Shown here in pieces: positions 42,965-56,352 of a DNA stretch of 64,000 nucleotides; position 1 is the stretch's first letter; every line of letters starts with the position of its first letter. Location of the stretch: positions 62,001 through 126,000 of the forward strand of contig NIVC01002960.1 in NCBI GenBank assembly GCA_002269645.1, given 5' to 3'. A model generated the notes under the pieces. It was not told the origin of the DNA, did not search any database, and worked only from the letters and a program-made list of their open reading frames with translations. The DNA comes from Macrostomum lignano. Its lineage: Eukaryota. The position numbers and the translations under genes are program-made.

Positions 42965-44940
42965 GACTGACGCACCGTCTGACTCTCCTGACACACCTGC
43001 CTCCCCCTGACACACCTGCCTCTTCCTGACACACCTGCCTCCCCCTGACACACCTGCCTCCCCTGACACACCTGCCTCCCCTGACACACCTGCCTCCCCC
43101 TGACACACCTGCTTCCCCCTGACACACCTGACTCCCTGACACACTTTCTGACTCCCCTGACACACCTTTTGATTTCCCCTGACACCGTCTGACTCCCCTG
43201 ACACACCTGCCTCCCCTGACACACCTGCCTCCCCCTGACACACCTGCCTCCCCCTGACACACCTGCCTCCCCCTGACACACCTGCCTCCCCCTGACACAC
43301 CTGCCTCCCCCTGACACACCTGCCTCCCGTGACACACCTGCCTCCCTCTTAAACACCTGACTCCCCCTTAAACACCTGACTCCCCCTGACACACCCTTTG
43401 ACTCCCCCTGACACACCTGCTTCCCCCTGACACACCTTTTGATTTTTCCTGACACCGTCTGACTCCCCTGACACACCTGCCTCCCCTGACACACCTGCCT
43501 CCCCCTGACACACCTGCCTCCCCCTGACACACCTGCCTCCCCCTGACACACCTTCTGACTCCCTGACACACCTTTTGACTTCCCCTGACACACCTTCTGT
43601 CTCCCCTGACACACCTGCCTCCCCTGACACACCTTCTGACTCCCTGACACACCTGCTTCCCCCTGACACACCTGCTTCCCCCTGACACACCTGCTTCCCC
43701 CTGACACACCTTTTGACTTCCCCTGACACACCTGCCTCCCCCTGACACACCTTTTGACTCCCTGACATACTTTCTGACTCCCCTGACACACCTTTTTACT
43801 TACCCTGACACACTTTCTGTCTCCCCTGACACACCTGCCTCCCCTGACACACCTGCCTCCCCTGACACCTGCCTCCCCTGACACACCTGCCTCCCGTGAC
43901 ACACCTGCCTCCCCTGACACCTGCCTCCCCTGACACACCTGCCTCCCTCTTAAACACCTGACTCCCCCTTAAACACCTGACTCCCCCTGACACACCCTTT
44001 GACTCCCCCTGACACACCCTTTGACTCCCCTTGACACACCTGCTTCCCCCTGACACACCTTTTGATTTCCCCTGACACCGTCTGACTCCCCTGACACACC
44101 TACCTCCCCTGACACACCTGCCTCCCCTGACACACCTGCCTCCCCCTGACACACCTGCCTCCCCCTGACACACCTTTTGACTCCCTGACACACTTTCTGA
44201 CTCCCCTGACACACCTTTTTACTTACCCTGACACACTTTCTGTCTCCCCTGACACACCTGCCTCCCCTGACACACCTGCCTCCCCTGACACCTGCCTCCC
44301 CTGACACACCTGCCTCCCGTGACACACCTGCCTCCCCTGACACACCTGCCTCCCCCTGACACACCCTTTGACTCCCCCTGACACACCTGCTTCCCCCTGA
44401 CACACCTTTTGACTTCCCCTGACACACCTTCTGTCCCCCCTGACACACGTGCCTCCCCCTGACACACCTTTTGACTCCCTGACACACTTTCTGACTCCCC
44501 TGACACACCTTTTGACTTACCCTGACACACTTTCTGTCTCCCCTGACACACCTGCCTCCCGTGACACACCACTGCCTCCCCTGACACACCTGCCTCCCTC
44601 TTAAACACCTGACTCCCCCTGACACACCTGCTTCCCCCTGACACACCTTTTGACTTCCCCTGACACACCTTCTGTCCCCCCTGACACACCTGCCTCCCCC
44701 TGACACACCTTTTGACTTCCCCTGACACACCTTCTGTCCCCCCTGACACACCTGCCTCCCCCTGACACACCTTTTGACTCCCTGACACACTTTCTGACTC
44801 CCCTGACACACCTTTTGACTTACCCTGACACACTTTCTGTCTCCCCTGACACACCTTTTGACTTACCCTGACACACTTTCTGTCTCCCCTTACACACCGA
44901 CTAAACCTTGATACACCGTCTGACACTGTCTGACTCCTTA
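42965..44940. repeat. Complex ~19-20-bp minisatellite (CTGACACACCTGCCTCCCC and variants)
   Basis: About 2 kb, starting just after the stop codon at 42958. Confidence 0.95.
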
Positions 44941-45699
44941 CTGACACATTGTCTGATACCCCCTGACTCATCATCTGCAGCACCCTCTGAGCGACTTACC
45001 CTCGTGACGTTCCTTGACGCGGTCTCAAACCTCCTTGACCTTCATTTGCCCTTCGGCCCCAGAAATCCGCCATTTCCTCTTCCACTGCCGCAGCGGCTCA
45101 CCCTCCGCAATCTTCCACAATCTGCTCGGCCCTGGCGCTGTAAATCTGCTTCTCCGCCCCTCATCTTTAAGCTGTGATGATTCATTAGGCCGCTGATTTA
45201 GCTTATTGTGCTCCCCACTGTGCTCTGTACAGCCCCGCACAGCCCGGCAGTGCAACTTCTCTGCTTCATCATTTTTGTGTCATTGTGCTAACAGCCAGTG
45301 CAAAACCGTTTTTTATTATTGTCAAGATGAAGCGTTTCTTCAGCCTCCGGTAGGCAGTGGTTTTCGGAGATGACGCGGTTGGGAGGGGTCTGCCTTGTTT
45401 TGCTTCGCCTTTTTTACTGCAGCCCATTTTTACCTGCCCCGAGTTCGGCACACATTTTTACTAAAGGAAAAGCGTTAAATTTTATTCTCTCTGCGTGTTT
45501 CTCTCTTTGACCTTTTTTATCTTCAATAAAAATCTGCTAATAAAAATGCTAAGAACTTTACTGTTTATTATAATTTATCTGCCGGTAATGCGATCAGCGA
45601 GTAGTTCAAAATATATACCTGCGTAATTTACATTTTTATTCTGATCCAATTGGCTTTTTTTACCTTGAGCTTGATCACATGAAGCTGAGCTTTGAGGCT

Positions 45700-46385
45700 T
45701 TATGCTGAGCGGAGGGGATTGGCAGCTGAGCTTTGAGGCTTTATGCTGAGCGGAGGGGATTGGCAGCTGAGCTTTGAGGCTTTATGCTGAGCGGAGGGGA
45801 TTCCCAGCTGAGCGGAGGGGATTCCCAGCTGAGCGGAGGGGATTCCCAGCTGAGCGGAGGGGATTGCCAGCTGAGCGGATGGGATTGCCAGCTGAGCGGA
45901 GGCGATTGGCAGCTGAGCGGAGGGGATTGGCAGCTAAGCGGAGGGGATTGGCAGCTGAGAGGAGGGGATTGGCAGCTGAGCGGAGGGAATTGCCAGCTGA
46001 GCGGAGGGGATTGGCAGCTAAGCGGAGGGGATTGGCAGCTGAAAGGAGGGGATTGGCAGCTGAGCGGAGGGAATTGCCAGCTGAGCGGAGTGGATTGGCA
46101 GCTGAGCGGAGGGGATTGGCAGCTGAGCGGAGGGGATTGGCAGCTGAGCGGAGGGGATTGCAGCTGAGCGGAGTGGATTGGCAGCTGAGCGGAGGGGATT
46201 GGCAGCTGAGCGGAGGGAATTGCCAGTTGAGCGGAGGGGATTGGCAGCTGAGCGGAGGGGATTGGCAGCTAAGCGGAGGGGATTGGCAGCTGAGCGGAGG
46301 GGATTGGCAGCTAAGCGGAGGGGATTGGCAGCTGAGCGGAGGGGATTGGCAGCTGAGCGGAGGGAGGGGATTGCAGCTGAGCGGG
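45700..46385. repeat. 21-bp tandem repeat (GCTGAGCGGAGGGGATTGGCA)n
   Basis: Directly visible. Confidence 0.95.
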
Positions 46386-47094
46386 ATGGTTCGGCAGCAG
46401 TGTGCTGAATGCATTTTTGTCGAATTGGATCCAGGAGTCCAGTAGTATGAACAAAGTGTGCAATTTGGGAGAAGTGAAATATCCGAGTAGGTCAACACTT
46501 TATTGTGCAATTTCATGAGAGTATGATGGGAGATTCCGTACTTGAATGATATATGCTTACATTACAAGTAAGAAAGGAGCGGCCACAGCCCCTGCAAAAG
46601 CTGCAGACAGTGCCTCAAACGGTGCAACCTCACAGATACCACAGGCTCAGTTCGAGTTTGGAGCTGGAGCACGCGGTTCCGCACCCCGAGCGCCATCACG
46701 GAGCCGAGGCCACGGGGCCCGTCCCCCGAACTAGCAGCTTCCGGTCGATGTGGTCCGGATCGCGGATCTCCAGGTCCACCGGCTCCCAGTGCTGCTGCGC
46801 CACCAGCGACTCAACGGACGGCTCCAGCCGGCCTGTCAGCAGCGCCCAGGCGATCAGGATGGCGCAGGCCGCCACCAGGAAGGTCGCAGCGGTCCCGGCC
46901 ACCAGACCAACCCAGCTGTGGCTGCGGACAACTTCCGGCTTGGCCAGCTGCTGCAGCAGGAAGCGGTGGATGTCGGCTGGTAGGTCCGCGTCCATTGCGC
47001 TGCCGATCTGGCGATCACCGTTGGTGCACAGAGCTTGCTGCCGCGGAACTGCAGGTGGGGCTGCTGCTCTGTGACACCGCCTATGTCTCCGTTC

Positions 47095-48860
47095 CCTGTC
47101 TCCCTCCCTCTGTCTCCTCCCTCTGTCTCCCTCCCTCTGTCTCCTCCCTCTGTCTCCCTCCCTCTGTCTCCCTCCCTCTGTCTCCCTCCTCTCTGTCTCC
47201 CTCCCTCTGTCTCCCTCCCTCTGTCTCCCTCCCTCTGTCTCCTCCCTCTGTCTCCCTCCCTCTGTCTCCTCCCTCTGTCTCCCTCCCTCTGTCTCCTCCC
47301 TCTGTCTCCTCCCTCTGTCTCCTCCCTCTGTCTCCCTCCCTCTGTCTCCTCCCTCTGTCTCCCTCCCTCTGTCTCCTCCCTCTGTCTCCCTCCCTCTGTC
47401 TCCCTCCCTCTGTCTCCCTCCCTCTGTCTCCCTCCCTCTGTCTCCCTCCCTCTGTCTCCCTCCCTCTGTCTCCCTCCCTCTGTCTCCCTCCCTCTGTCTC
47501 CCTCCCTCTGTCTCCTCCCTCTGTCTCCCTCCCTCTGTCTCCTCCCTCTGTCTCCCTCCCTCTGTCTCCTCCCTCTGTCTCCCTCCCTCTGTCTCCTCCC
47601 TCTGTCTCCCTCCCTCTGTCTCCTCCCTCTGTCTCCTCCCTCTGTCTCCTCCCTCTGTCTCCCTCCCTCTGTCTCCCTCCCTCTGTCTCCTCCCTCTGTC
47701 TCCCTCCCTCTGTCTCCTCCCTCTGTCTCCCTCCCTCTGTCTCCCTCCCTCTGTCTCCCTCCCTCTGTCTCCCTCCCTCTGTCTCCTCCCTCTGTCTCCC
47801 TCCCTCTGTCTCCCTACCTCTGTCTCCCTCCCTCTGTCTCCTCCCTCTGTCTCCCTCCCTCTGTCTCCCTCCCTCTGTCTCCTCCCTCTGTCTCCCTCCC
47901 TCTGTCTCCCTCCCTGTATCTCCTCCCTCTGTCTCCCTCCCTCTGTCTCCTCCCTCTGTCTCCCTCCCTCTGTCTCCTCCCTCTGTCTCCCTCCCTCTGT
48001 CTCCTCCCTCTGTCTCCCTCCCTCTGTCTCCTCCCTCTGTCTCCCTCCCTCTGTCTCCTCCCTCTGTCTCCCTCCCTCTGTCTCCTCCCTCTGTCTCCCT
48101 CCCTCTGTCTCCCTCCCTCTGTCTCCCTCCCTCTGTCTCCCTCCCTCTGTCTCCCTCCCTCTGTCTCCCTCCCTCTGTCTCCCTCCCTCTGTCTCCCTCC
48201 CTCTGTCTCCCTCCCTCTGTCTCCTCCCTCTGTCTCCCTCCCTCTGTCTCCTCCCTCTGTCTCCCTCCCTCTGTCTCCTCCCTCTGTCTCCCTCCCTCTG
48301 TCTCCTCCCTCTGTCTCCCTCCCTCTGTCTCCTCCCTCTGTCTCCCTCCCTCTGTCTCCTCCCTCTGTCTCCCTCCCTCTGTCTCCCTCCCTCTGTCTCC
48401 TCCCTCTGTCTCCCTCCCTCTGTCTCCTCCCTCTGTCTCCCTCCCTCTGTCTCCCTCCCTCTGTCTCCCTCCCTCTGTCTCCCTCCCTCTGTCTCCTCCC
48501 TCTGTCTCCCTCCCTCTGTCTCCCCCTCTGTCTCCCTCCCTCTGTCTCCCTCCCTCTGTCTCCCTCCCTCTGTCTCCCTCCCTCTGTCTCCCTCCCTCTG
48601 TCTCCTCCCTCTGTCTCCCTCCCTCTGTCTCCCTCCCTGTATCTCCTCCCTCTGTCTCCCTCCCTCTGTCTCCTCCCTCTGTCTCCCTCCCTCTGTCTCC
48701 TCCCTCTGTCTCCTCCCTCTGTCTCCTCCCTCTGTCTCCTCCCTCTGTCTCCTCCCTCTGTCTCCTCCCTCTGTCTCCTCCCTCTGTCTCCCTCCCTCTG
48801 TCTCCTCCCTCTGTCTCCTCCCTCTGTCTCCTCCCTCTGTCTCCCTCTCTCTGTCTCCCT
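47095..48860. repeat. 13-14-bp CT-rich minisatellite (CTCTGTCTCC(C)TCC)n
   Basis: About 1.75 kb; source of the spurious 646-652-aa ORFs. Confidence 0.97.
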
Positions 48861-49164
48861 CTTTGTTATTCGCCCTCTCCCTCTACCATCGCCTTCCATC
48901 TCCAATATCCCTCTACTTCTCTCCCAATCATTCCCGATCCTCCAGTTCGCTGACCAATCGTCTCCGCCAGTCTGAATCATTCCCATCCCACCTGTTCTGG
49001 CGGAACTCACTCCGGATGTAGCCAGCAGATCTCCAGGCGCTTTCAGAGCAATTAAGAAGCGATTTCGTCCTGTAGAGCTCGGTGTTTGAGCTCGACGCTC
49101 CGAACTCCAGCTGTAATTAAAATGTTACTAAAGATTGAGAAGTGGTGATAGACGAATAGGGAGA

Positions 49165-49395
49165 GACGGGTAGAGTGACAAGTAGAGTGACGGGCAGAGT
49201 GACGAGTAGAGTGACGGGTAGAGTGACGGGTAGAGTGACGGGTAGAGTGACGGGCAGAGTGACGAGTAGAGTGACGGGTAGAGTGACGGGTAGAGTGACG
49301 GGTAGAGTGACGGGTAGAGTGACGGGTAGAGTGACGGGGAGAGTGACGGGTAGAGTGACGGCGAGAGTGACGGCGAGAGTGACGGCGAGATTGAC
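49165..49395. repeat. 12-bp tandem repeat (AGAGTGACGGGT)n
   Basis: Directly visible. Confidence 0.95.
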
Positions 49396-49599
49396 GGGGA
49401 GAAGTTGGGAGATTTTTTATGTGATTAGTCATACGGCACCGACTCTAACAGAAGCCGCGCACTCACCAGGATGCGGTAGGCCCGGGAGCAGAACAAAAGC
49501 TTTGCACTGAGGCGCAGCAGGGCGTAGCGATATCTCTGCCCGTCGGGCATAAGCAGCTGCTTCTGCGGGGTTGGCGACTGCTTTTGCTGAACAGCTGGC

Positions 49600-49683
49600 A
49601 AACAGACAGACGGACAGACAGACAGGCAGACAGACAGACAGACAGGCAGACAGACAGACAGACAGACAGACAGGCAGGCAGGC

Positions 49684-49724
<41 letters not shown>

Positions 49725-49727
49725 GGC

Positions 49728-49788
<61 letters not shown>

Positions 49789-49795
49789 GGCAGGC

Positions 49796-49840
<45 letters not shown>

Positions 49841-49867
49841 GGCAGACAGACAGATAGACAGACAGGC

Positions 49868-49932
<65 letters not shown>

Positions 49933-49960
49933 GGCAGACAGACAGACAGACAGACGGACC

Positions 49961-50008
<48 letters not shown>

Positions 50009-50048
50009 GGCAGACAGACAGATAGACAGACAGGCAGACAGACAGACA
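49600..50048. repeat. (CAGA)n microsatellite filling an intron
   Basis: Runs from the donor at 50056 almost to the acceptor at 49595. Confidence 0.97.
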
Positions 50049-50334
50049 GGACTCACCATTTCTACAACTGTCCCGTTGCCATCCTGTTTTCTCCACATGT
50101 CCTCAAAGCAGATCTTGGCCACTTCGGGCTGCCCGCAGTCGCTGGAGTTGTCGCATTGCCAAAAAAGGTGCAGCAGCTGGTCGGAGCCGTTTTGCAGGAC
50201 CTTAGCGTGCAGGGGCAGCGTCTGCTCAGCTGCGGGTTGAACCGCGATGTTTTTTGAAAACTTTGCTTAACTTTGCATGCGGGAACTTGGTTAGCAACCC
50301 GTCTGTTTTCAGTCGCCTACTTGATTTTCCGTCT

Positions 50335-51222
50335 GCCTACCTGTCCTTCTGCTAGCCTACCTGTCCTTCTGCTAGCCTACCTGTCCTTCTGGTAGCCTAC
50401 CTGACCTTCTGGTAGCCTACCTGTACTTCTGATAGCCTACCTGTCCTTCTGGTAGCCTACCTGTTCTTCTGGTAGCCTACCTGTCCTTCTGGTAGCCTTA
50501 CCTGACCTTCTGGTAGCCTTCCTGTCCTTCTGGTAGCCTACCTGACCTTCTGGTAGCCTACCTGTCCTTCTGGTAGCCTTCCTGTCCTTCTGGCAGCCTA
50601 CTTGTCCTTCTGATAGCCTACCTGTCCTTCTGGTAGCCTACCTGACCTTCTGGTAGCCTACCTGTCCTGCTAGCCTACCTGTCCTTCTGGTAGCCTACCT
50701 GACCTTCTGGTAGCCTACCTGTACTTCTGATAGCCTACCTGTCCTTATGGTAGCCTACCTGTCCTTCTGGTACCCTTACCTGACCTTCTGGTAGCCTACC
50801 TGTCCTTCTGGTAGCCTACCTGTCCTTCTGGTAGCCTACCTGTCCTTCTGGTAGCCTACCTGACCTTCTGGTAGCCTACCTGTCCTTCTGCTAGCCTACC
50901 TGTCCTTCTGCTAGCCTACCTGTACTTCTGGTAGCCTACCTGTCCTTCTGGTAGCCTTCCTGTCCTTCTGGCAGCCTACTTGTCCTTCTGATAGCCTACC
51001 TGTCCTTCTGCTAGCCTACCTGTCCTTCTGGTAGCCTACCTGTCCTTCTGGTAGCCTTCCTGTCCTTCTGGCAGCCTACTTGTCCTTCTGATAGCCTACC
51101 TGTCCTTCTGGTAGCCTACCTGACCTTCTGGTAGCCTACCTGTCCTTCTGATAGCCTACCTGTCCTTCTGGTAGCCTACCTGTCTTTCTGGTAGCCTTCT
51201 TGTCCTTCTGGTAGCCTACCTT
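50335..51222. repeat. 20-bp tandem repeat (CTACCTGTCCTTCTGGTAGC)n
   Basis: About 44 copies. Confidence 0.97.
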
Positions 51223-52002
51223 TTTGGATGCTTGTCAGATTTTCTGGTTGCGCGAGTCAGGCGAGTCTCTTACCTGGGCAGCAACATGGGAAGCTGCAAG
51301 CTGAGATGAAGGCAGCCAGCGCCACCAAACAACTGCGAAGGGTCATGGGAGGCGGAGATATTGCACTGCGAATTTCTGAGCACCTCTGCGGCCAGCTGCG
51401 GCACTTGCTAGCTGAGATTGTAGCCTGCAAGGTGTGTCTGAGCTGAGACAGCTATACTTAAGCTAGAGTAAGCCCTGTTACTGTGCCATTGTTCTCCATC
51501 TGTCTCTCTGCCTCTGTTTGTACACTCTGCTTTCACACTATCCTGTTTTCTTGTTTTCTTGTTTGGTTGATTCATCCACAGCGTCTCATTGCCGAAGTCC
51601 TGCATCTAAAGCTTTTTATTTATTTCCGGTACCTGTCGAGTGGTAACTGCGACTGGGCTTACCGGAAAAAATATTTTTAAGAATAATCTTAGCTTAATTT
51701 AATGAAGAAATGAGAGAAGCATCGATTCAAATGCTTGCGGAGCATCTACAATGAATACATTCCGGATGAAGAAAATTTAAATGTAAAAGTATGTCTTAGA
51801 GCTTCATGTTCTGATATTTAAAAAGGTCCTTACATCCTTATTAATGCGGCTTGCTGCATACGAGTAGCTTACTTAAAGTAGCTATCCGTGATGTTGAAGT
51901 TTAAGCTTTTACCACAAAAATTGCCCTGATGAGGTTACGGTTTTTTCTCGTGGTTTCCCACCGAGACTTGAATGGAAAACAGCTGTAAATCTCAAGGGGG
52001 AC

Positions 52003-52350
52003 TCCGAAACTCCAGGTGGGAAAACTCCCAAAACTCCAGGTGGTAAAATGCGGTGGGAAAACTCCGGTTGGGAAAACTCCAGGTGGGAAAACTCCAGTGG
52101 AAAAACTCCGAAACTCCGGGTGGGAAAACTCCGAAACTCCAGGTGGGAAAGCTCCGAAAACTTCAGGTGGGAAAACACCGAAACTCCAGGTGGAAAAACT
52201 CCGAAACTCCAGGTGGGAAAACTCCGAAACTCCAGGTGGGAAAACTCCGAAAACTCCAGGTGGGAAAACTCCGAAAACTCCAGGTGGGAAAACTCCGAAA
52301 ACTCCAGGTGGGAAAACTCCGGTGGGAAAACTCCGAAAACTCCAGGTGGA
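52003..52350. repeat. 23-24-bp tandem repeat (GGTGGGAAAACTCCGAAAACTCCA)n
   Basis: Directly visible. Confidence 0.93.
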
Positions 52351-52959
52351 GCCTGAAGCCATCCCAGCTTAGGGATGAGAATGCACTCGCAATTGAAGCA
52401 AAACGAGCTATCCTCCTCATTTGAAAAAAAAATATTATTTTCCTGAGCCTGCCAGGCCATGCAAAAGCAATTACATGTATAATGCAAGTCAATCTGCTAC
52501 ATTCTAGGGAGCTGTACATTCACTCCACAGTTGTTGGACTGCAACTGCGACAGGCCGTACGGCAGTGCAGAAATCCAGCAAGCTCTTGCTTGAGACGAAA
52601 GACCGCTTCTCTAACCTGCCCGCTCAGCTCAAGCCCGGCCGAGACACAGGGACAAGCCTGCGCCTTCTCTAAACACTTCTCCTGACACATGCAATGTACA
52701 TTGCAGGCGGTGAGTACGCAGGTGGTACGGGGGCTTGGAGTTTCAGGGGGGGAAGAGGGGCGGTCGCGAAGGTAAGGGCAGGGGGGTCCCTCGCTGCTTC
52801 ATTATTGTTCACCCCCTCGCCTTGCGCACACGGGGTCAGGGAGAGAGGGGGAGAGAGAGGGAGAGGGGCGCGGAGCCCCACCTCACCTCCGCCGCCTTGT
52901 CCACAGCTATTCAAGAGCAACCCCCTGCCCCCGCAAGTCGCACAAGCGCGAGAGAAACC

Positions 52960-52967
52960 CCGGAAGT
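52960..52967 (+). promoter_or_regulatory. ETS-type motif CCGGAAGT upstream of the claudin-like gene
   Basis: Exact consensus about 115 bp 5' of the ATG at 53082. A single 8-mer, so weak evidence. Confidence 0.3.
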
Positions 52968-53081
52968 GACTCGGCGCAGCTCAGTGGATTTCATTAGGAG
53001 CAGCTAAAGAATTCTCAAGCCACCGACTTTGGGCAGAGCGAGGCCGGCAGCAGAGGCGACAAAGGCAGCTCCGGCAAAACA

Positions 53082-55111
53082 ATGGCCGACCCCGTGCGCG
53101 CGACCGTGTTCGGCCTGATTGTGATCGGCTTCATTCTCAGCTTCATCGGCCTGGTCACCCCGTTCTGGGGCATGGGCCTGCTCACCCGGCTGGACAAGCA
53201 GAAGGGCGTGCTGGAGAGCCTGGTTAACAACTGGGACAATCCCAACTTCATCAAGGCCAGCATCTGGAACTCCGAGGACTGGTGGCCTGAGATCAGCGCC
53301 ACTGGTGAGTCTGGGTGATGGGGTGGCTGGGAAGGGGTTGATACCCTCCCAGATCCTCAGTTGCCGCCCTCCCAGATCCTCAGTTGCTGGGCCAGCCTCC
53401 CAGATCCTCAGCTGCTTCCCTCCCAGATCCTCAGCTGCCGCCTTCCCAGATCCTCAGTTGCCGCCCTCCCAGATTCTCAGCTGCCGCCTTCCCAGATCCT
53501 CAGTTGCCGCCCTCCCAGATCCTCAGCTGATACCTTCCCAGATCCTCAGTTGCTGAGCCAGCCTCCAAGATCCTCAGTTGGTGGGCCAGCCTCCCAGATC
53601 GTCAGCTGCCAACCGCCCAGATCCTCAGTGGCTGCCCTATCAAATTCTCAGTTGCTGGGCCCCCTCCCCAGAAAAATTAAGATAATAATCGGAATGCAAT
53701 CAACCCAGGAAAGCAAAAATCAGTGGCAGTGAGGCAGATTAAAGGATTTCTTTGCTTGTTTCCCTATTGATTCCCAATTCCCTGCTGTCTCCATCAGATC
53801 CCAGATTATCAAAGGAAATTTCCCATAAATGCAGCTGCCCCCGGGGGCATCTCGATTCGCGGAGGTTCGGGCAGCCAAGCCGAGTTTCTTTTGTGCTGAT
53901 TTTCAATGCCTCGTGCCGCATCTCCTCAATCCTGGATCCCAGTCCATCCAGGCATCACACAGCTCATCCCCAACCCTCTCCGCTGGGCTTTCAGGCAAGG
54001 GCGTGAAGGGCAAGGGCGACCTGCTAGAGGCGAAAGTCTGCGCCATCTTTGCCATCCTGACGGGAGTCGCGGCTCTGATCAGCCAGGGAGTTCACGCCTT
54101 CTCGGCCAGGCACCGCCTGGACAAACTCTGCACCGTCATGGCCAGCGGCTTCCAGGTCACCGCTGGTGAGTTGAGGGATTGGGAGAGTAGAGGGTTGGGA
54201 GATTAGAGGGACTGAGAGAGTAGAGGGTTGGGAGAGTAGAGATGTTGGGAGAGTAGAGATGTTGGGAGAGTAGAGGGACTGAGAGAGTAGAGGGTTGGGA
54301 GAGTAGAGATGTTGGGAGAGTAGAGATGTTGGGAGAGTAGAGGGACTGAGAGAGTAGAGGGTTGGGAGAGTAGAGGGGTTGGGAGAGAGATTCTAGTCGT
54401 TAAAAGAGAGGTAGGGATATCAAGAAGGCAGTGCAGGGAGACTGAGAGACCAGCTGTCACATCAGAGTCAGGAAGGCAGTGCAGGGAGACTGAGAGACCA
54501 GCTGTCACATCAGAGTCAGGAAGGCAGTGCAGGGAGACTGAGAGACCAGCTGTCACATCAGAGTCAGGAAGGCAGTGCAGGGAGACTGAGAGACCAGCTG
54601 TCACATCAGAGTCAGGAAGGCAGTGCAGGGAGACTGAGAGACCAGCTGTCACATCAGAGTCAGGAAGGCAGTGCAGGGAGACTGAGAGACCAGCTGTCAC
54701 ATCAGAGTCAGGAAGGCAGTGCAGGGAGACTGAGAGACCAGCTGTCACATCAGAGTCAGGAAGGAAACCGGGTGCTCCGCAGGGGTGTTCGGCGGCGTGG
54801 TGAGCGGCATCATGGGCGGCTGCCTGACGAACAAGATGGCCTCGAACCCGCTGTTCCGCCTGGGCGACAGCTTCATCCTCACGGTGCTGGGCAGCATCCT
54901 GTTCTCCGTCTGCGGCCTGTTCACAGTGTTCCACTTTGTGTACAGCTTCAAGGAGTCCGCGCTGGACAAGAAGATCCTGCTGCTGTACCCGGAGCTCAAC
55001 AACCCGCAGTACGAGGGGACTCGGTACGCCGAGATGCCGCAGGACCCGTTCCCGACGTCCACCAGCATCGCGCCGCACCTGCAGTCCAGCCAGGGCGAGT
55101 ACACCGCCTGA
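53082..55111 (+). CDS. Claudin/PMP22-superfamily tetraspan membrane protein
   Basis: Exons 53082-53304, 53995-54165 and 54783-55111, all phase 1. TM1 FGLIVIGFILSFIGLVTPFW; ASIW in the first loop (GLW-like); TM4 LGDSFILTVLGSILFSVCGLF; Tyr-containing tail ending GEYTA. Confidence 0.85.
53345..53660. repeat. ~23-bp intronic tandem repeat (CCCAGATCCTCAGYTGCCGCCYT)n
   Basis: Directly visible. Confidence 0.9.
54180..54385. repeat. 17-bp intronic tandem repeat (GGGAGAGTAGAGATGTT)n
   Basis: Directly visible. Confidence 0.9.
54425..54762. repeat. 48-bp intronic tandem repeat, 7 nearly perfect copies
   Basis: GGAAGGCAGTGCAGGGAGACTGAGAGACCAGCTGTCACATCAGAGTCA, ending about 20 bp before the acceptor at 54782. 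Confidence 0.97.
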
Positions 55112-55794
55112 TGGTGTGCACTGGCCAGAGGGAACTTCCGCTAACTACTGACTGAGTCACGAGTAGTGCGATAGGGACATTGCAGGAGAAATTAAGTAGC
55201 AAAAGTAAAGTAGGTCGGCTGTGTTGCCATGGTGATAATTTATAATTGTCATTAATAATCGTGTTTCTGCACCCAAGTTTTGTTTACCTGAACTGTGTCG
55301 CATGTCGCTACTTGATCAGTAGTTTATTTGCACGCTTATGTACCAGTTTTAATTACTTATTGTACATCAGTGTCAGTGAAGAAATTGTTTTTACGAAGCA
55401 TTGTAGATACTGAATGAAGGCTGGCACCATCCGGAACCATTTTTATTGTTTATTGATTTTTCGAATATTCCATCTATCGAGCAATTAAATATTTCGAAAT
55501 GTACGCTTTTCACTTGTATTGATTTCACGTAACTAAAATTACATGTGTACGCTATAATACATTACTAACCATCAGTGCATAACAAGTGGATAACAACTAT
55601 AGCCACCTAAAAATCCTATCTTTAACCTGATTGGTCAATGACAGTTCTTTTAAAAGTACATTCGCATCTGTTCTGTTGAACTTACCCTGCTAACCAGTAA
55701 CACCGCAGCATTTTACTTTATTTGTTTGCGCTTGCAAATTCGTGTGCAAACTCGGGGTGCAAATTCGGGTGCAAATTCGGGTGCACCAACATTC

Positions 55795-56352
55795 AGGGTG
55801 TGGGGTTTAGACAGGTATTGAGGGTGTGGGGTTTAGACAGGTATTGAGGGTGTGGGGTTTAGACAGGTATTGAGGGTGTGGGGTTTAGACAGGTATTGAT
55901 GGTGTGGGATTTAGACAGGTATTGAGGGTGTGGGGTTTAGACAGGTATTGAGGGTGTGGGGTTTAGACAGGTATTGAGGGTGTGGGGTTTAGACAGGTAT
56001 TGAGGGTGTGGGGTTTAGACAGGTATTGAGGGTGTGGGGTTTAGACAGGTATTGAGGGTGTGGGGTTTAGACAGGTATTGAGGGTGTGGGGTTTAGACAG
56101 GTATTGAGGGTGTGGGGTTTAGACAGGTATTGAGGGTGTGGGGTTTAGACACAGGAATTCAGTGTGGGATTTAGACACAGGAATTCAGTGTGGGATTTAG
56201 ACACAGGAATTCAGTGTGGGATTTAGACACAGGTATTCAGTGTGGGATTTAGACACAGGTATTCAGTGTGGGATTTAGACACAGGTATTCAGTGTGGGAT
56301 TTAGACACAGGTATTCAGTGTGGGATTTAGACACAGGTATTCAGTGTGGGAT
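55795..56352. repeat. Two abutting related 26-bp tandem arrays
   Basis: GGGTGTGGGGTTTAGACAGGTATTGA up to ~56150, then CACAGGTATTCAGTGTGGGATTTAGA. Confidence 0.95.

Larger units (their letters stand above)
46550..51346 (-). pseudogene. Type I membrane receptor-like gene (SP, Cys/N-glycan-site ectodomain, TM, possibly a decayed kinase-like tail); frameshifted pseudogene or assembly indels
   Basis: Exons with canonical splice sites: 51346-51274 (MTLRSCLVALAAFISACSFPCCCP), 50229-50057, 49594-49467, 49110-49011, and ~47075 onward (TM WVGLVAGTAATFLVAACAILIAWALL). The GC3-rich frames join only if single bases are restored. Confidence 0.55.

Noticed and set aside
51926-51975. CTGATGAG hammerhead-core-like word (reverse matches also at ~8253 and ~38574)
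   Set aside because: No stem II followed by GAAA in the right geometry and no tandem retrozyme-like context.
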